Assembly: GCF_963921235.1 (NCBI RefSeq)
Contig: NC_086097.1
Location: forward strand, 70,124,001 to 70,188,000
DNA: 64,000 bases
Source of the DNA: Mobula hypostoma
Lineage: Eukaryota
Direction of reading: 5' to 3'
This document shows positions 11,891 through 26,269 of the stretch, piece after piece. The position numbers were made by a program, and so were the translations under genes. The stretch's first letter is position 1. Each line of letters opens with the position of its first letter. The notes below the pieces were generated by a model that was not told where the DNA came from, did not search any database, and saw only the letters and a program-made list of their open reading frames with translations.

Positions 11891-13106
11891 GTGTCTCTTT
11901 CACACCCTACTTACTACTTATTTAATATTTATTTTGTTGTCTCAAGAAAGTGGATCATGAAGGACTCTCACAATCCAGGAAATGCCGTCTTCTCATAACT
12001 TCAGTCCAAGAGGAGGTACACGAGTCTAAAGACGCACGCTCAGTGTTTAAGGTACACATACTTTCCCTCTGCCATCAGATTTCTGAACAGTCCGTCAACT
12101 CATTAACACCACCTCACCATTTTGCACTATTTAATTTTTCTATATTCTAACTAACTGTAATTTTTAATGTGTTGGATGGTATTGCTGCTGCAAAACAACT
12201 CATTTCACAACACGTCAGTAACATTATAACTTCTTCTGCATCTGCTTCCTTGAAGGAAGCTCAGATGGTGGATATCTACAGGGATATCATGGTTAAGTTT
12301 CATCCTGCTGACACTTCACAACCAAAAAGGTGCAAACCACTACTGTTTCAGCAGGCAAGTTAAAGTGGGAATAATGAATTAATTCTCTATTGTTTATCAA
12401 TCAATTTAAAGATACACTGATGCTGTTAGTTTCCTTGCTGCTGATTTGTCCAAGGTCAGCTGGATTTGGAATCATTTTCAACTGTATGCCTCAGTACTAC
12501 ATCATATGGTTTACCCATCCGCCAATTCATTTGGCTCACCGCCACTCAAAGTGAACACTCAGTTTGTTATCCAAGAATGAAGAATTTCCAAGAATGAATT
12601 AATTTTGTAATATATTTAAATTTATTTAAATTTAGTCCCAATGTACTAGAATGAGGACGATTTGTTGAAGAAGCTCATGGATTATGTCAGGGATTAAAAG
12701 AACAGTGGATGGCATCAAGCCTCAAAAATAGTTTTGTTAATCTCAATTACTGCGTTGGGAAACCATTTGTCCACAGGTAACAAAGCCTTTTTCATAAAAA
12801 AATGTATTTTTTACTAACAATAGGAACAAATATTACATGATATTATAATTTATTACTTTGTTACTGATCTTTCAAGTCTTTTGAAATTACACTCTGCTGA
12901 ATGGAAAAAGTACATGTTATATAAGTGGCCAATTTTCAAATATTGTAAAGTACTACTATTACATAATTGCTTTGCAGCTTTTAATTCCTAAATTTCCTCT
13001 GCAAGAATTCTTTTAACTGGTAAAATCCAACAATTCCCTTAAACTTTAAAAATTGCTTCTTAAAATGTAACCTAATGAAGTATTTAATGAATTGTACAGA
13101 ACTTAC

Positions 13107-13159
13107 CTCTCACTGCCACGAAGCATTTTTGGATCAAAGTATCTGTAATCATCAGTTTC
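13107..13159 (-). CDS. SCFD1: SCFD1 coding exon (53 nt): ETDDYRYFDPKMLRGSE(S)
   Basis: ttttctatAG|gaa act...gag ag|GTaagt. Matches SCFD1 ETDDYRYFDPKMLRG. Confidence 0.96.
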
Positions 13160-13894
13160 CTATAGAAAAAAAATATAGAGGCTTTTAATTCTAGGGTAGA
13201 GCTATTTCCCAAGGCATTTCTGTAAAATGGTGGGACACTGAGCCTTCTGACAAGAAAAAAATGTTTATTGATATGCATGTTCTTAAATTTGTTAATTGAA
13301 ATTTTATGTTGCATGAACTAATTTTTGAGCACATTGGTTAAATTTACACCTTCTCACTATTTAAGAAGCAGATTTTCTTCAAACCTAGAATTTCAAAGAT
13401 GCATGACATCAGCATGAAGAAAGAAATTTTATCATGTCACCAGCCACGGAAGCACAATATGCACCCTGTTGGCATTTGGATGTTTAATTCATTCCACAGA
13501 TGGAGGACTAATGAATCATCACTAATATAATTCATTACCTTCCCAGAAAGATGTCCTTAGCTACATAATGTGCCAAAAGTTGAAGCATTAATCTAAAGTC
13601 TGTTTCAATTGTTGTTTAACTCGAGAGGTTTTACTTATCTAGGCATATAATACCCGAAATGAAACACACAAAAAATATATATATAATACACTCACATATA
13701 CATGCACACACACTTACACTATATTCAGTTTTCTTTCTATATTTATCATGTATTACATTGTATTGCTGCAGCAAATTTTATAAATTTCACGACATATGCC
13801 AGCGATGTTCTTCCAGTATAATAAATTCAAATTTCAATGCATTTTAAAATAATAAAGATTTTAAAAACTTTGTTTTAAAGATGAGACTTTATTT

Positions 13895-14183
13895 TAAAAC
13901 AGATTAGCTTTACTTGTACATCAAAACATATAGTGAAATGTCTCTTTTGCGTCAATGATCAACACAATCCAAGGCAGTGCTAAGGGCAGCCTCCAAATAT
14001 TGCCATGCTTTCAGCGCCAACATATCACGCCCACAACTTACTAATCCTAACCCTATCCAATACATATTTGTAATATGGGAAGAAACAGGAGGAAACAGAT
14101 GCAGACACATATGTTATGAGAATTGAACCCCAATCAGGGATCACTGGCCCTGTAAAGTGTTGTGCTAACAGCTACGCTACTGC
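13895..14183 (-). mobile_element. tRNA-derived SINE (V-SINE/HE1-like), degenerate
   Basis: Minus-strand A-box-like gtagcgtagctgttagc (14164-14180) and B-box-like gggttcaatt (14121-14130), followed by a V-SINE-like core. Confidence 0.55.
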
Positions 14184-16759
14184 TATTTCTTCTCCTCGTG
14201 AAATATTTAAATAGATGTACAAGTTAAACTCTTTTACTCCCTGATTTTTAAACTGTAAAAATTATTCAGTGGGGTTTATAGTTCACCCTGACTATGCAGG
14301 TACCAACATGCACTAAGACAGGGGGAAAACTAAGCCACTGAATCCACTGACATTTGGGGACAAATTTCTCTAAGGTGGGTGAGTAACTCCCCTTCTTTGC
14401 CAATTGCACAATGAATTTAGTAGTTAAATGCTTGTTTCCAGCTGTGATTTACAGCATCTCTTTTTAGGTCTCACTCAGTATTTTTGGCATCAGCAGCAAA
14501 GCACAAAAATAATGATCATGAAACAAGAATAAAATGGCACGAAAGTTAACTACCTGCGCTAGATTTCTAGTGCAACAGAGTTGTACGCACACACATCACA
14601 TCAAACAACAACCTCGTTACATTTTGAAGGGTGACATTTGCATGCAGCCTAAATTCCAACTAGTGTTGCATTTGAATATTTGGGATTGTTTTGAGTATTA
14701 CCTTAAATCTGTCACTTTCACTATCAACGTTTAAGACATTAGACATTTTTTTTATTAGCAATAAAGATGATAGAAATATTTTAAATAGCCGAAACTTTTT
14801 ATTCTAAAACTCTTCATTACTTAAAATTACTCGTGTTTCTCTTGATTATATATTTCATCCAAGTAAATCTCCTCTATATTGACTCCAAAGCTTCAATATC
14901 CTTTCTAAAAATAATGCCTAGAATTGGGCACAATACTCCAGATAGGCCCTAAATTAATTCATAAAGTTACATCAGAACTTTGCCTTACTTTATGGTCTTA
15001 TTTACTGAGGTCAGAATAGATTGTCTAGACACTCTCAAAGATTTAAACAAATATTCGATTAAAGCATTTTTGTTCAAATGCTTAAACTTCAATTTTAACC
15101 TGAATTCTCACTCTCCTTTCATCCAATTTAAGTGTGTCATTTACAACAATTGAGTTCTTCTACCATGTACCCACTGATACATCTATTTCCTATTGATGCC
15201 AAGATTTAGTTCAGTTTCATCTTTAAATTTCCAATTTGTTTTCCATGCCCTGAAATTGTCACTAATATTTATTGAAAATGTCATGGACCAGTAGTGAACT
15301 TTGTGCACTGTCTGCTAATTCAAGAAAAAGAAACACAGATGATGCCAGGTTTATTATTTTCATCCCTTCAGAGTACAAAATGTTCTAGCCCAAAGTGGCT
15401 CTTATTATTTGTTGAAGGAGTTTTGAAATTTTTTTTCTTGGAGTGCTGCTTCAAGTTACTCAAGTACCAAAGCAAACTGATTGCTCTATAGCTGACAGTT
15501 TACCTTTCTCTCTCTGTTTCAGCAAGGGGACAACATTTGCAATCTGCAGTACATCGTCACCATACTTGTATAAAAGGTAGATCGGAAAATGGCGGCAGCT
15601 ACATCTTGCAATTTCTACCTTTATCCAGTTATTCAACTAAATTTTGAAATGAGACAATATTAAAAATTCGAGGTAATTTCCTCAGTGAATTAAAAATACA
15701 TTCCATATTTCCATACAATGTAGGTGGTGGCTATTTTGGTTCAGCTGGCTCACCATTTATCACCAATCTTCCCTATAACCTATTCTTATGGAATTGACTT
15801 TCTTTTCTATTATCAAAGACAAAGTAGCATTATTTGACAGACAACCTGCTCTTTAAGTCAGTAATTATCAGTAATACAAAAAGGCACATGATTTTTAAAG
15901 TTTGGATAGCACTTCAGTGCAGATTTCTATCAGAAATTGTAAGCAAGATGTTCAAATTCCTTCCTAGTTCTATACATAGAGTCAAATTATATGCAACTAT
16001 GGTATTTAGTCACAAGTAGACAATACTCTACACTTGTCTCAGTGATTAGAACTCAGCTTGACAACACCTCAGATGGAGCAGTCTGTGTGACTGGCACTTA
16101 GTTAGCATCTCAAGTTTATTCCTTCCACATAGTTCTGTGGCTGCAAGGTGCCTTATTTTAAAAATGCACCAACAACTCTCTATGCCTTGACAGCATCTCC
16201 AAACCAGTGACCTCCAGCACACTCCAGGTTACAGTGACCTTAATATACCATCAATCCTTTATTGTACCTCAATCAAAATCCTCAAATGTATTACCTGACT
16301 ACTCTGGGAATACTGTGCAGTCCATAAGGAATGAAGAGGGTTAAGAAGTCAGTTCACAACTACCTTCTCCAAGGGCAAGCAGGATTTAATGAAGCCTTAT
16401 CAATGTACCAAGCTTCATCAATAAATCATGTAAAGTACATTCAGTATTCTACAGAAAACACCGGAAAGCATCAGTCAGCAACTTGGAAAGAAGAACGGAG
16501 TTAATGTTTCAAGTCAAAGGCCATCAGAACTGGGAAACTGAGAAAACAAGCTAGTATTAAATGCAAAGATGGTGGGAGGTAGATGAATAGGACAAGGGAA
16601 TATATCTAGCATGGTCATAAACAGCTTATCATAACAATAATCCTGGGCTGACCCTTCCTTTGTCCTACCTGTCACTCCGCAAGCCTCTGCAACTTAAAAC
16701 TAGTTTATTTTCTCTCTTTTCTTCAGCCTGTAATGTTCACTGTGCTTGTATTTCCACAC

Positions 16760-17000
16760 ATGTGCACTCAACATCACTAAGACCAATGAATTGATTGCAG
16801 ACTTCAGGAAGGGGGAGTCGGAAGAACACACACTGGTCATCATTAGGGGAGGGGAGGTCAGTGGTGGAAAGGATGAGCAGTTTCAAGTTCCTGGATATCA
16901 ACATCTCACAGGATCTATCCTGACCTCACCATATTGATGTAATTATGAAGCAAACCAGTGACTATACTTCTTTAGGAGTCTGAGGAGATTAGGTATGTCA
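16760..17000 (+). mobile_element. Rex1/Babar fragment
   Basis: ALNITKTNELIADFRKG (ORF 16746); YFFRSLRRLGMS near 16965-17000. Confidence 0.7.
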
Positions 17001-17820
17001 ATTTGCTTATTTTCGTTCAATATTCTAGTCAATCTATTGATGAGCATTCTCCCAAGTTCTGTTTCTCACTTGGCCATGCTGAACCATACCAAAATACAGA
17101 CATTGGCCCAACTTTTGGTGGCTATTGCACTGAGAAATGCTGACAGTTTCATGTGGAAATGCCAATGAGTTTGAGGACTTCTGTGCCAACTCAGAAAGTC
17201 CAAACTTAATAACCAAGCTCCACATGTCTATTCTTGGTCTTCTTGTTTCCCTGGACCCTTCCTGAAGTCTAGAAATGAAGCTGGATTTTGCTATGATTCA
17301 CCAGCATAGCATTACTTTGGAAACTGTTCTCAAATCCTGCATCAGATTAAGTCGACAGAAGATTCCTGGACCTGTTATTTCAATAGTAATTGTAGAGCTG
17401 GTGTTCTGTAAAATTCATTTTTTGCATTGTGCGTTAGAAAGTGAAAAATAAAGAAAATTCTTTATTATTGAATTCATATTAATGCTAATATAATTTTCAA
17501 AGTACTTCAATACAACACCTCTAATAATAAGCACACGCTTTTTGAATAGAATTCTATTAAAGGTTATTTCGCGTAATTTTGTAAAGGAAGGTTGGAGCTT
17601 TCTTCACTGAACTTTCAAATGCCAGCTCAAACATATTTTGCAAAACTGAGCCATGTTGAAAGAAAGACAAAAATGTAAACATGAAGCCAAACAAATTAGG
17701 TGATCTGGTGAAATAATGGAACAAACTTGAGAAGATAAATGCCTATGAATCTTGATATAAAGACAGCCACGCAATTTTATTTTGTAATTCTGATCAATGC
17801 TAATACTTAATTTTACTCAC

Positions 17821-17874
17821 AGGATTTGATTTCATCTCTATTAAGTTGTCCAAGATACGAGTCACTGGCAGATT
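17821..17874 (-). CDS. SCFD1: SCFD1 coding exon (54 nt): NLPVTRILDNLIEMKSNP
   Basis: ctccttttcAG|aat ctg...aat cct|GTgagt. Phase 0/0. Matches SCFD1 NLPVTRILDNLMEMKSNP. Confidence 0.96.
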
Positions 17875-19449
17875 CTGAAAAGGAGATAATCAGGAGTTTG
17901 TTAATTATTAGCTATGAAGAAGAATGAAAGGGAAATATTCATAAGCTTTATTAAGCCTTTAGCATTTGGTTTTGCATCTTCAGACTCCTCAAACAGCATT
18001 ATAAATTCCTATGCGCCAAACCATGCTTTCTCAGCTTCCCAAATTACATAATTATCAAAACAAATTAAGAAAAATAATGAATAAACAATTACTGAATTAG
18101 TTCAACACACTCTTGCCTTTTCTAACTATTCCACTTTAGATTGTACGTGATCCCGACTCGACTCAAACAGAAGTGAATGATTGGTCTGCAAGAAATGTGG
18201 TGGGAGTCTTTAGATAACACTCAGATGCAGCTGTTCCGGTTCTTTTCTCACAGCATATTGTATACAATTAACATATGATTAAGCTTATTTCCTCAGTCAT
18301 TTCCAATCATTGCTCTACGAGTAATCATTAATACACAATTTTATAAGACTTGTAATTTTAAAAAACACATAGAAGATACTAGCAATATTCAACAAGTCAG
18401 ACAATATCTACGGAAAGAGAAACAGAGTTAATGTTTTAGGTCAATGAAATAGGGGATAAGGTGTTTTGATTTTGCCACTTTTCCAGTTCTCACGAAAGCC
18501 TCAAATTTCAACTCTTTTCTCTCTTCGCAGATGCAACCTGACTCGAGCATTTACAACATGTTCTGTTTATATTTTAAATTTCCAACAACGCCAGCCATTT
18601 GATTTTCTCTATGCAATGTTACTTCTGTTATCATTTTGCATTCTTCCATTGACTGGGCTGGAAGTGAAGACAGAGTGGATAAAAACAGCATAAACCACCA
18701 ATATAAATAGTTATATTTCTGAAAATATATCTTAGCCAAACAATTTACCGAATCGGTTCTTCTTATTCCCAGTGAACCCACAGTTCTACAATTCTACTAG
18801 CTACAAAACCATCAACAATTCACCCAAAACCATGCTAACCTTGCCATCTCCACCACACTCCACCTCCATCCCCATTACCACTCTGCACCAGATGTAAAGA
18901 TTGCAGCAGAATGAGTAATCAGGAGGTTTAGCAACACAATGTGCCAATGTCAGGTTCATATATTCAAGTTACACAGGCTTCAGGAACTCAAATTTGCTTG
19001 CTTTGTGTGCAAGGCTTGCTAACAATTGATTCTTGAAATACCATGAGGAACCTGCGTAGATGAAAGATAAAGACATTTTGCATTTCACTGCAAACATTTG
19101 CTTTATACTTTAAATAATTGGCGAGGTTGAAGGAAGTAGCTTTTAAAAGAAAAACAAAATGTCAATTTAATCATTAAATATTTTCCAAAATGGAAAATTC
19201 CTAATAGTTTGTTATTACTTCATCTTATTTTTAATTAATTTTCAGCCTTTCCAGAATATCCAGTGTCCAGCATTTTATCTAATATAAAGTGCTCATTATG
19301 AACAATATTTCTTCCTTCCTTCAAAAACAGTCAATTAATTATAATTAAAATCATTACAGACAAATACAGAAATTTCAACTACATCTTGAACTTTCCTCTG
19401 GTCTTAAGTTCTACTTCAAATATTTAATAGCCACCAGCAATTTTTTAGA

Positions 19450-19660
19450 ATTTAGAATAAGCATGGTAACAGGACCTTCCAGCCCACAAGTCCATGCTGC
19501 CCATTTACCAATTAACCAACTAACCCTTACATCTTCAGAATGTGAGAGGAAACCACAATGCACAGGGAAAAAAAAATCCATCAAATTCATGGTCACCTTC
19601 GGAGAGACACCAGGGGTTGAACCCGGGTTCTGATATGTGGGAAGCATGTGCTCTCCCACT
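19450..19660 (-). mobile_element. V-SINE/HE1-like SINE, degenerate
   Basis: Plus strand ccaattaaccaactaacccttacatcttcagaatgtgagaggaaacc resembles the HE1/V-SINE core; B-box-like gggttcaacc on the minus strand at ~19615-19624. Confidence 0.5.
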
Positions 19661-21739
19661 GAGCAACATCCCTGACCAAAATAGGTTTTAAAATTATTTC
19701 TCTGTAATTACAATTCATATCTTTTTGAGCTGGTTACCAAAATTATTTCAAAGCAATATTCCAGAAACATTTTATATATTGTTTAATAATCTAAATTTAT
19801 CTATTCCTTAAGCTTCTTACTAGATTGCAGCCCCTCATCGTCTTTAATCTTTCTTGATTGTTGATATTTGCAAACAGAAATTTTACAAAAGTATGAAGGG
19901 GCAAAAGAATGTCATTTGCGTTTGAAAAAAGAAAAATTATGCCTTGTTGCCTCGCTCAGATTCAACTTGGATATTCTAAAAATTCTTTTGCAAACATTGT
20001 GCAAGGCATTTAAGCTCAAGTGGAGGTGTAACACACAAAACAATGATCTGAATGAAAACAGAGTTTGCAAGCTTAATTGCAAATACAAGAGTGAACATTC
20101 CTTGAGGTTGATGTAACCTAACTGGAATGCGAGATGTATTGATAAGGATATCAAATAATAAGGAGCAATCATGGATCAACGAAATGAGAGAACAGATTCG
20201 AGCATCCAAATGCTTACTCCAGTTGAGACTTTTTTCATTATTCATGTTGATAAGCAATATTCAAGAATACAATTAGATCCACATTAATTAATAAATACTT
20301 AGATTCCATCAATATATTTCACAGCATTAGCCAGTTACTTTTGGAAAAAAATCATATATGCTTCCAAATTCATATTTTCTCCTTCCTCACACCATAAGAA
20401 TATAAAATAAACATCAATTAAGCTGTTCAGTTTAGTATAGCTTTAATTCAAATAGATCTAAAAATACTAAAAGGCCCTTTAGAATACCACCAAAAAAGAT
20501 CTTACATGCAAGTCAACATGATGGTGTTAACTACCAATAAAAACAAACTGCTTCAAGTCTCGGGTATTATGGATGAATGTGTAAGAACTCCTACTGTAAC
20601 AGTTCAAATAGTACACATAATTATAAAATTAATCCTTCTACCTGTAGTATAAGCTATGGTTGCCAAATGTTAACCATATTTCTTTTCATTTTTAGATGTG
20701 AGAATGATCCATTTTCATAAAACAATCTAAAAAATTACTATCTGCGTTTGATTCATCAATGGAAGTGATGCAGTTAAGCAACTACTTCAGATCTCATTTA
20801 CTGACCTGTGGTCTGGAACAAGTTCTGTGTTTTAAGGATATATAAACAGTGCTCTCTGTCACATTTATATTTAGGACACAGGCCTTAGAATTAAAACTTA
20901 TGCACAAAAAGGAAAGTTGCTGTATGCAATGCTCACATGGATTCCCTTATATAACTTTATCATAAAGAGGTGCTGTAGTAAACTACAAAGATATCAGTGT
21001 TTAATGCCTCATTGGTTTTCTATTGGCAGTAGTTACAACACTGAAATTTTCCAGTCTTAGCAACACTGGCAGAAGATTGCATACTTAAGTCTAGTGAGAC
21101 AATGTCTGCATTCAAAATGTGATATTACTCATAAATTTATATCATATTATTTCTTTTCATAAGCAGGTGCTTTTAATTGAAATCATATGATTTTTTTTCA
21201 TCTTTCAGTAATTCACTCGATTTTAGCCATCCCATATTTTTCTTTGGTGAATTCACTAATTATTAGATCAATTTCTTCTGAAATTAATACATTCAGTTTT
21301 CATCTCCATATTTCCTCTACCAAACAGCAATCATCTTATACTTTATACTAGTTCTATGCAAAAATAACCGGTGATTTTATGTAGATGTCTTAATTTTGGG
21401 GAGGGGTTAGAATAATTTTATTCATGCCAAGGACAGCATCTGATTTTCCCTACCCAAAACCAAGTAATATACCTTACACTGATTGCTTGGAGCTGCATTT
21501 TTGTACACAGCCATCTACTGTAGTTAGCCAAGCAGCCACCCACTCAACTTCCTCTAAGAGAAGATATTCAATGGAGTAGCCTAGACCTTTTTCTGAGTTT
21601 CTAGAATTCCAAATGCAATCTTTAAGGAAATTAAAGAACACATGGACACACAAGCCCACTTGTAATAACTTCCTTAAAATATTAATAACTGTATTACTGT
21701 ACTACAAACTGCTGATGCATAGATATGAATTTATTGAAT

Positions 21740-24700
21740 GATGTGACATTGAGGAAGGTCCCCTCAGCCCCTGAGCAAAAGACACCCTGTCTGGCTGCAG
21801 CCAAGGTGAGAAGGATCCTTGCCAAGGTAAACCCACGCAAAGCTGCATGAGCTAAACAAAATACCTGGTCAAGTGCTGAGGAATTATGTGGCTCAGCTAA
21901 CAGAGGTCTTAATGGACATCTTTAATATCTCTTTGAAACAGTCCACTACCCCTGCGGGCTTCAAGATAGCTACTATCATTCTGGCGCCCAAGATGGCAAC
22001 AGTAACTGACGTAAATGATTACCACCAGAGGGACTGACTTCAACAATCATGAAATGCTTTGAGCGGCTGGTATCGGATCATACAAAATCACACCTTCCAG
22101 CTACGTTGGATCCTTTGTAGTAAGTCCACCACTCAAACCAGCCCACTGATGATGCCATAGACTCAGCCTTCAACTCTGTCCTGTCCCACCGGGAATACGA
22201 TGCCTATGTCAAGATGTTGTTCATTGACTTCAGCTCGGTGTTTAACACAATCATCCCTTACAGGCTGGTGGGTAAACTGTCTGTAACTGGATCCTGGACT
22301 TCTTGACAGAAGGACCCAGTCAATCTGAGTTGGCAGCAACATTTCAAGCTCCATTACACTGAGCACTGAATCCCCCTCCCCCCCAGTGCTGAGCCCGCTG
22401 CTGTTCACACTGCTGACTCACGACTACACTGCTAGATCCTGCTCAACCCACATCATCAAGTTCGCTGACGATACAACAATGGTTATCCTCATCTGCAACA
22501 ATAATGATTCTGCATAGAGAGAGGAGATAGAAAACCTTGCCAAATGGTGTGAGAACCTGAGTCTCAATGTGGACAAGACGAAAGAGATGACCGTGGACTT
22601 CAGGAAGGTGCAAGGCAACCATTCTCCATTGCACATCAATGGCTCTGCTGTGGAAAGAGTGAAGACCACAAAGTTCCTTGGTGTGCGCATAATAGACAAT
22701 CTAACAACTCTGCATTATTCAGGAAAGCAAGGCAGTGCTATACTTTCTGAGGAGGTTGAGATGTGCAATGCTCCCTGGGCTCATTCTAACAGCTTTCTAC
22801 AGGAGCACCATTGAGTGTCCTGTCTGGCTGAATCATTGTGTGGTACGGAAGCTGCAAGGCACAGACTGCAAGACCCTAGAAAGGATAGTTAAAAACCTGC
22901 TGAGAGGATCACCAGGGTGCCCCCTCCACCCCCATTTAGGGTATTTACTAGCAGCGTTATAGATGAAGGGCCCAAAGCATTGTTAAGGATCCCTACCACT
23001 CATTCCACAATCTGTTTGACCCACAACCGTCAGGAAGGAGGACTAAAAGTGCTGGAGTGGATAACATCAGACTGTGAGACTAATGAATATCTTGTCCCCA
23101 GCGCAGTCTCATCACTAGGACAATGAGCTGTCTACTGTTTATCTATGCTGTGCATTACATGCATTTTATTATGGTAATATTATTTATGGTAATATATTTT
23201 ATTTTATGTGCACTGTGGTCTGGAGGAATGTTATTTGGTTTGTTTATATATACAGTGCCCATAAAAAGTATTCACTCCCCTTTGGAAGTTTTCATGCTTT
23301 ATTGTTCTACAACATTGAATCACAGTGGATTTAATTTAGCTTTTCTGACACCGATCAACAGAAATGACTCATCCGTGTCAAAGTGAAAACAAGTTTCTAC
23401 AAATTATTCTACAAATAATTATTACAATTATTAAAAACAAAATAATTGGTTGCATAATTACTCACCCCCTTCAAGTCAGTATTTAGTAGATGCTACCTTT
23501 GGCAGCAATTACAGCCTTGAGCCTGTGTGGATAGGTCTCTATCAGCTTTGCACATCTGGACACTGCAATTTTTCCCCATTCTTCTTTACAAAACTGCTCA
23601 AGCTCTATCAGATCGCATAGGAATCGTGAGTGAACAGCCGTTTTCAAGTCCAGCTACAAATTCTCTATTGGATTGAGATCTGGACTTTGACTTGACACTC
23701 CAGGACATTAACTTTGCAGTTTTTAAGCCACTCCTGTGTAGCTATGGCTTTATGCTTGGGGTCATTGTCTTGCTGGAAAACAAATCTTCTTCCAAGTTGC
23801 AGTTCTCTTGCAGGATTTCCCTGTATTTTGCTAACTTAATTTTACCCTCTACCTTCATAAGCTTTCCAGGGCCTGCTGCAGTGAAGTATCCCCATAGCAG
23901 CAGCCTCCACCATTCTCCACGGTAGGAATGGCGTGTTTTTGATGATGTGCAGTGTAGCGTTTAGACTGATGGCCAAAATGCTCAATTTTGGTTTCATCCA
24001 ACCATAGAGCCATCTTCCAGCTGACAAGTCTCCCACATGCCTTCTGGGAAACTCTAGTCAAGATTTCATACGAGTTTTTTTTCCATAGAGGCTTTCTCTT
24101 TGCCACTCTCCCATAAAGCTACAACTGGAGAAGCACCCAGGCAACAGTTGTATGCACAGTCATTCCTATCTCAGCCTCTCAGCCACTGAAGCTTGTAACT
24201 CCTCTAGAGTTGTCACAGGTCTCTTGGTGGCTTCCTTCACGAGTCTCCTTCTTGCACGGACACTCAGTTTTTGAGGACGGCCTGCTCTAGACGGATTTAC
24301 AACTGTGTCATATTTCTTCTATTTCTTGATGATTGACTTAAGTGTACTCCAAGGGATATTCAATGACTTCAAAATTTTCTTGTATCCACCTCCTGAGTCG
24401 TGCTTTTCAATAACCTTTTTGTAGAGTTGCTTGAGCATTCTTTTGTCCTCAAGATGCAGTTTTTGCCAGGATACTGACTCATTAGCAGATGGACCTTCCA
24501 GATACAGGTGCAGTTCTACTACTTTTTGACAACAACATCTTGACTGTACACCGGTGATCTCCATTTAACTAATTATATGACTTTTTAAAACCAGTTGGCT
24601 GCACCAGTAATGATTTGGTGTGTCATATTAAAGGAGGTGAACACTTATGCAATCAATTATTTTTTGCTTTATATTTGTAATTAATTTAGATCAATTTGTA

Positions 24701-24900
24701 GGGATGTTTGTACTTTAACACAAAAGACTCTTTTTCTGTTAATCAATAGCAAAAAAGCCAAATTAAATCCACTGTGATGCAATGTTGTAAAACAATAAAA
24801 CATGAAAACTTCCGGGGGGGGGGGGGTGGCGTGAATATTTTTTATAGGCACTGAATATACAATCAGATGGCAATGAACTTGAACTTGAACTTGAACTCAA
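21740..24900 (+). mobile_element. Rex1/Babar LINE (5'-truncated) with a Tc1 inserted in its 3' UTR; ends in (ttgaac)n
   Basis: VNPRKAA, IMKCFERLV, MLFIDFSSVFNTI, IIKFADD, TKEMTVDFRK; the tail resumes at 24854 and ends gaacttgaacttgaacttgaact. Confidence 0.85.
23253..24853 (-). mobile_element. Near full-length Tc1 transposon with long (~200 bp) TIRs and a dead transposase
   Basis: ta|cagtgcccataaaaagtattcac ... gtgaatatttttttataggcactg. Minus-strand [60 protein letters not shown]. Confidence 0.9.
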
Positions 24901-25454
24901 CCTTGTTTGAAACCAAAGAACTATTTCTCCTTTGTACACCAATGGGGATTATTCCACCTGGAGGCTTTAAGGTTTTGGATGTCAGTTCAAAACATCGACT
25001 ATCCATAGATGCTCCTGACCTGCGAGTCCCTCTAGCATTTTGTGTACGCTGGTAACATTATGCTCAACTACAAAACTTTGATTTAGATGTTTTAACATCA
25101 TAGTTGACCCCAAATAATTCATTACAAAGTGCTATTCTTACGTTTGCCAATTGTATGTTTGACTTTCCCAAATGCACCATCAATTCTTAAAGCCACAATT
25201 AAATTGCATTCACAAAACCCATGTGATAACCTGATGACATGGAGATCAATAGAGCTGTGGATAGTTAGAAAGGTCGCGAAAAGATACCACAGCATATAGA
25301 TTAGTTGGAAATTAGGGCAAAGAAATGGAAGATGGAGTTTGAAAACAAAAGGAACTGCAGGTGCTTGAATCTGGAACAAAGTACAGAATGAAAAGGAAGA
25401 ACTCAGAAGATCAAGCAGCAGAAAGTGCAAGTTGATGACTTAGATCGAGACCAT

Positions 25455-26030
25455 GCATTGGTCAGACCACATTTGTAGTACTGTGAGCAGCTTGAGACCC
25501 CAATCAAAGGGAGGATGTGCTGGCTTTGGAGAGGATCTAGACAGGGTGTACAAGAATGGTTCAGGGAATGAAAGAGTTAATGTATGAGAAGAGCACTTGA
25601 TGGCTCTGGGCCTGTATTCACTGGAATTTAAAGGGATGGGGAGAGGGGGGTAAGCAGAATCTCACTGAAACCTATGGAATATTGAAAGGCTGATTAGAGT
25701 GACGTTGAGAAGCTGTTTCCAGTAGTGGGAGAGTCTAGAATCAGTGGCATTGCCTCTGAATAGAAGGCTGTCTCTATTGAACAGAGATGAGGAGGAATTT
25801 TGTTAACCAGAGGATGGTGAATCTGTGGATTTCATTGCCACAGATGCCCGTGGAGGCTAAGTCATTGAGTATATCTAAAGCAGAGGTTGGTAGGTTCTTA
25901 ATTAGTGAGTGTATCAAATGTTAAAGGGGAAAAGGCAGGAGAATGGGGCTGAGAGGGAATAATAAGTTAGTGATGATCAAGTGGCAAAGCAGACCCAATG
26001 GGTCGATGCCCTAATTCTGCCCCTATCAGC
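25455..26030 (+). mobile_element. CR1 3' fragment
   Basis: LVRPHL*YCEQL...DVLALERI*TG remnants, EMRRNF..QRMVNLW, and CR1 tail gcagacccaatgggtcga...aattctgc. Confidence 0.75.
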
Positions 26031-26269
26031 ACTGAGAGGGAAGATTGCTAGTTTACGAAGGATATGAGGCATGAGATGGTAGGTAATAGGTAGAATCCGA
26101 TGGGAATGAGATAATAGGCATATAAAGCCAGGCATAAGAAAGGGACGTGAACAAAAAGAGAGGAAAACTAATGGAAGAGTGAGTGTGCATGGGTGGAGGA
26201 CGCTGGTGGTGAGGATCACCTGAAACTAGAAAATTCAGTGTTCATTCCTAATAAAGTTTAATTATTAAT

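Noticed and set aside
14110..14183. tRNA-like A and B boxes
   Set aside because: No cloverleaf; continues into a SINE core, so it is a SINE head rather than a tRNA gene.
19868..20257. Three overlapping 82-93-aa ORFs in unique AT-rich sequence
   Set aside because: No recognisable domain and non-ATG starts. The SCFD1 exons on either side already join in phase with no missing residues.
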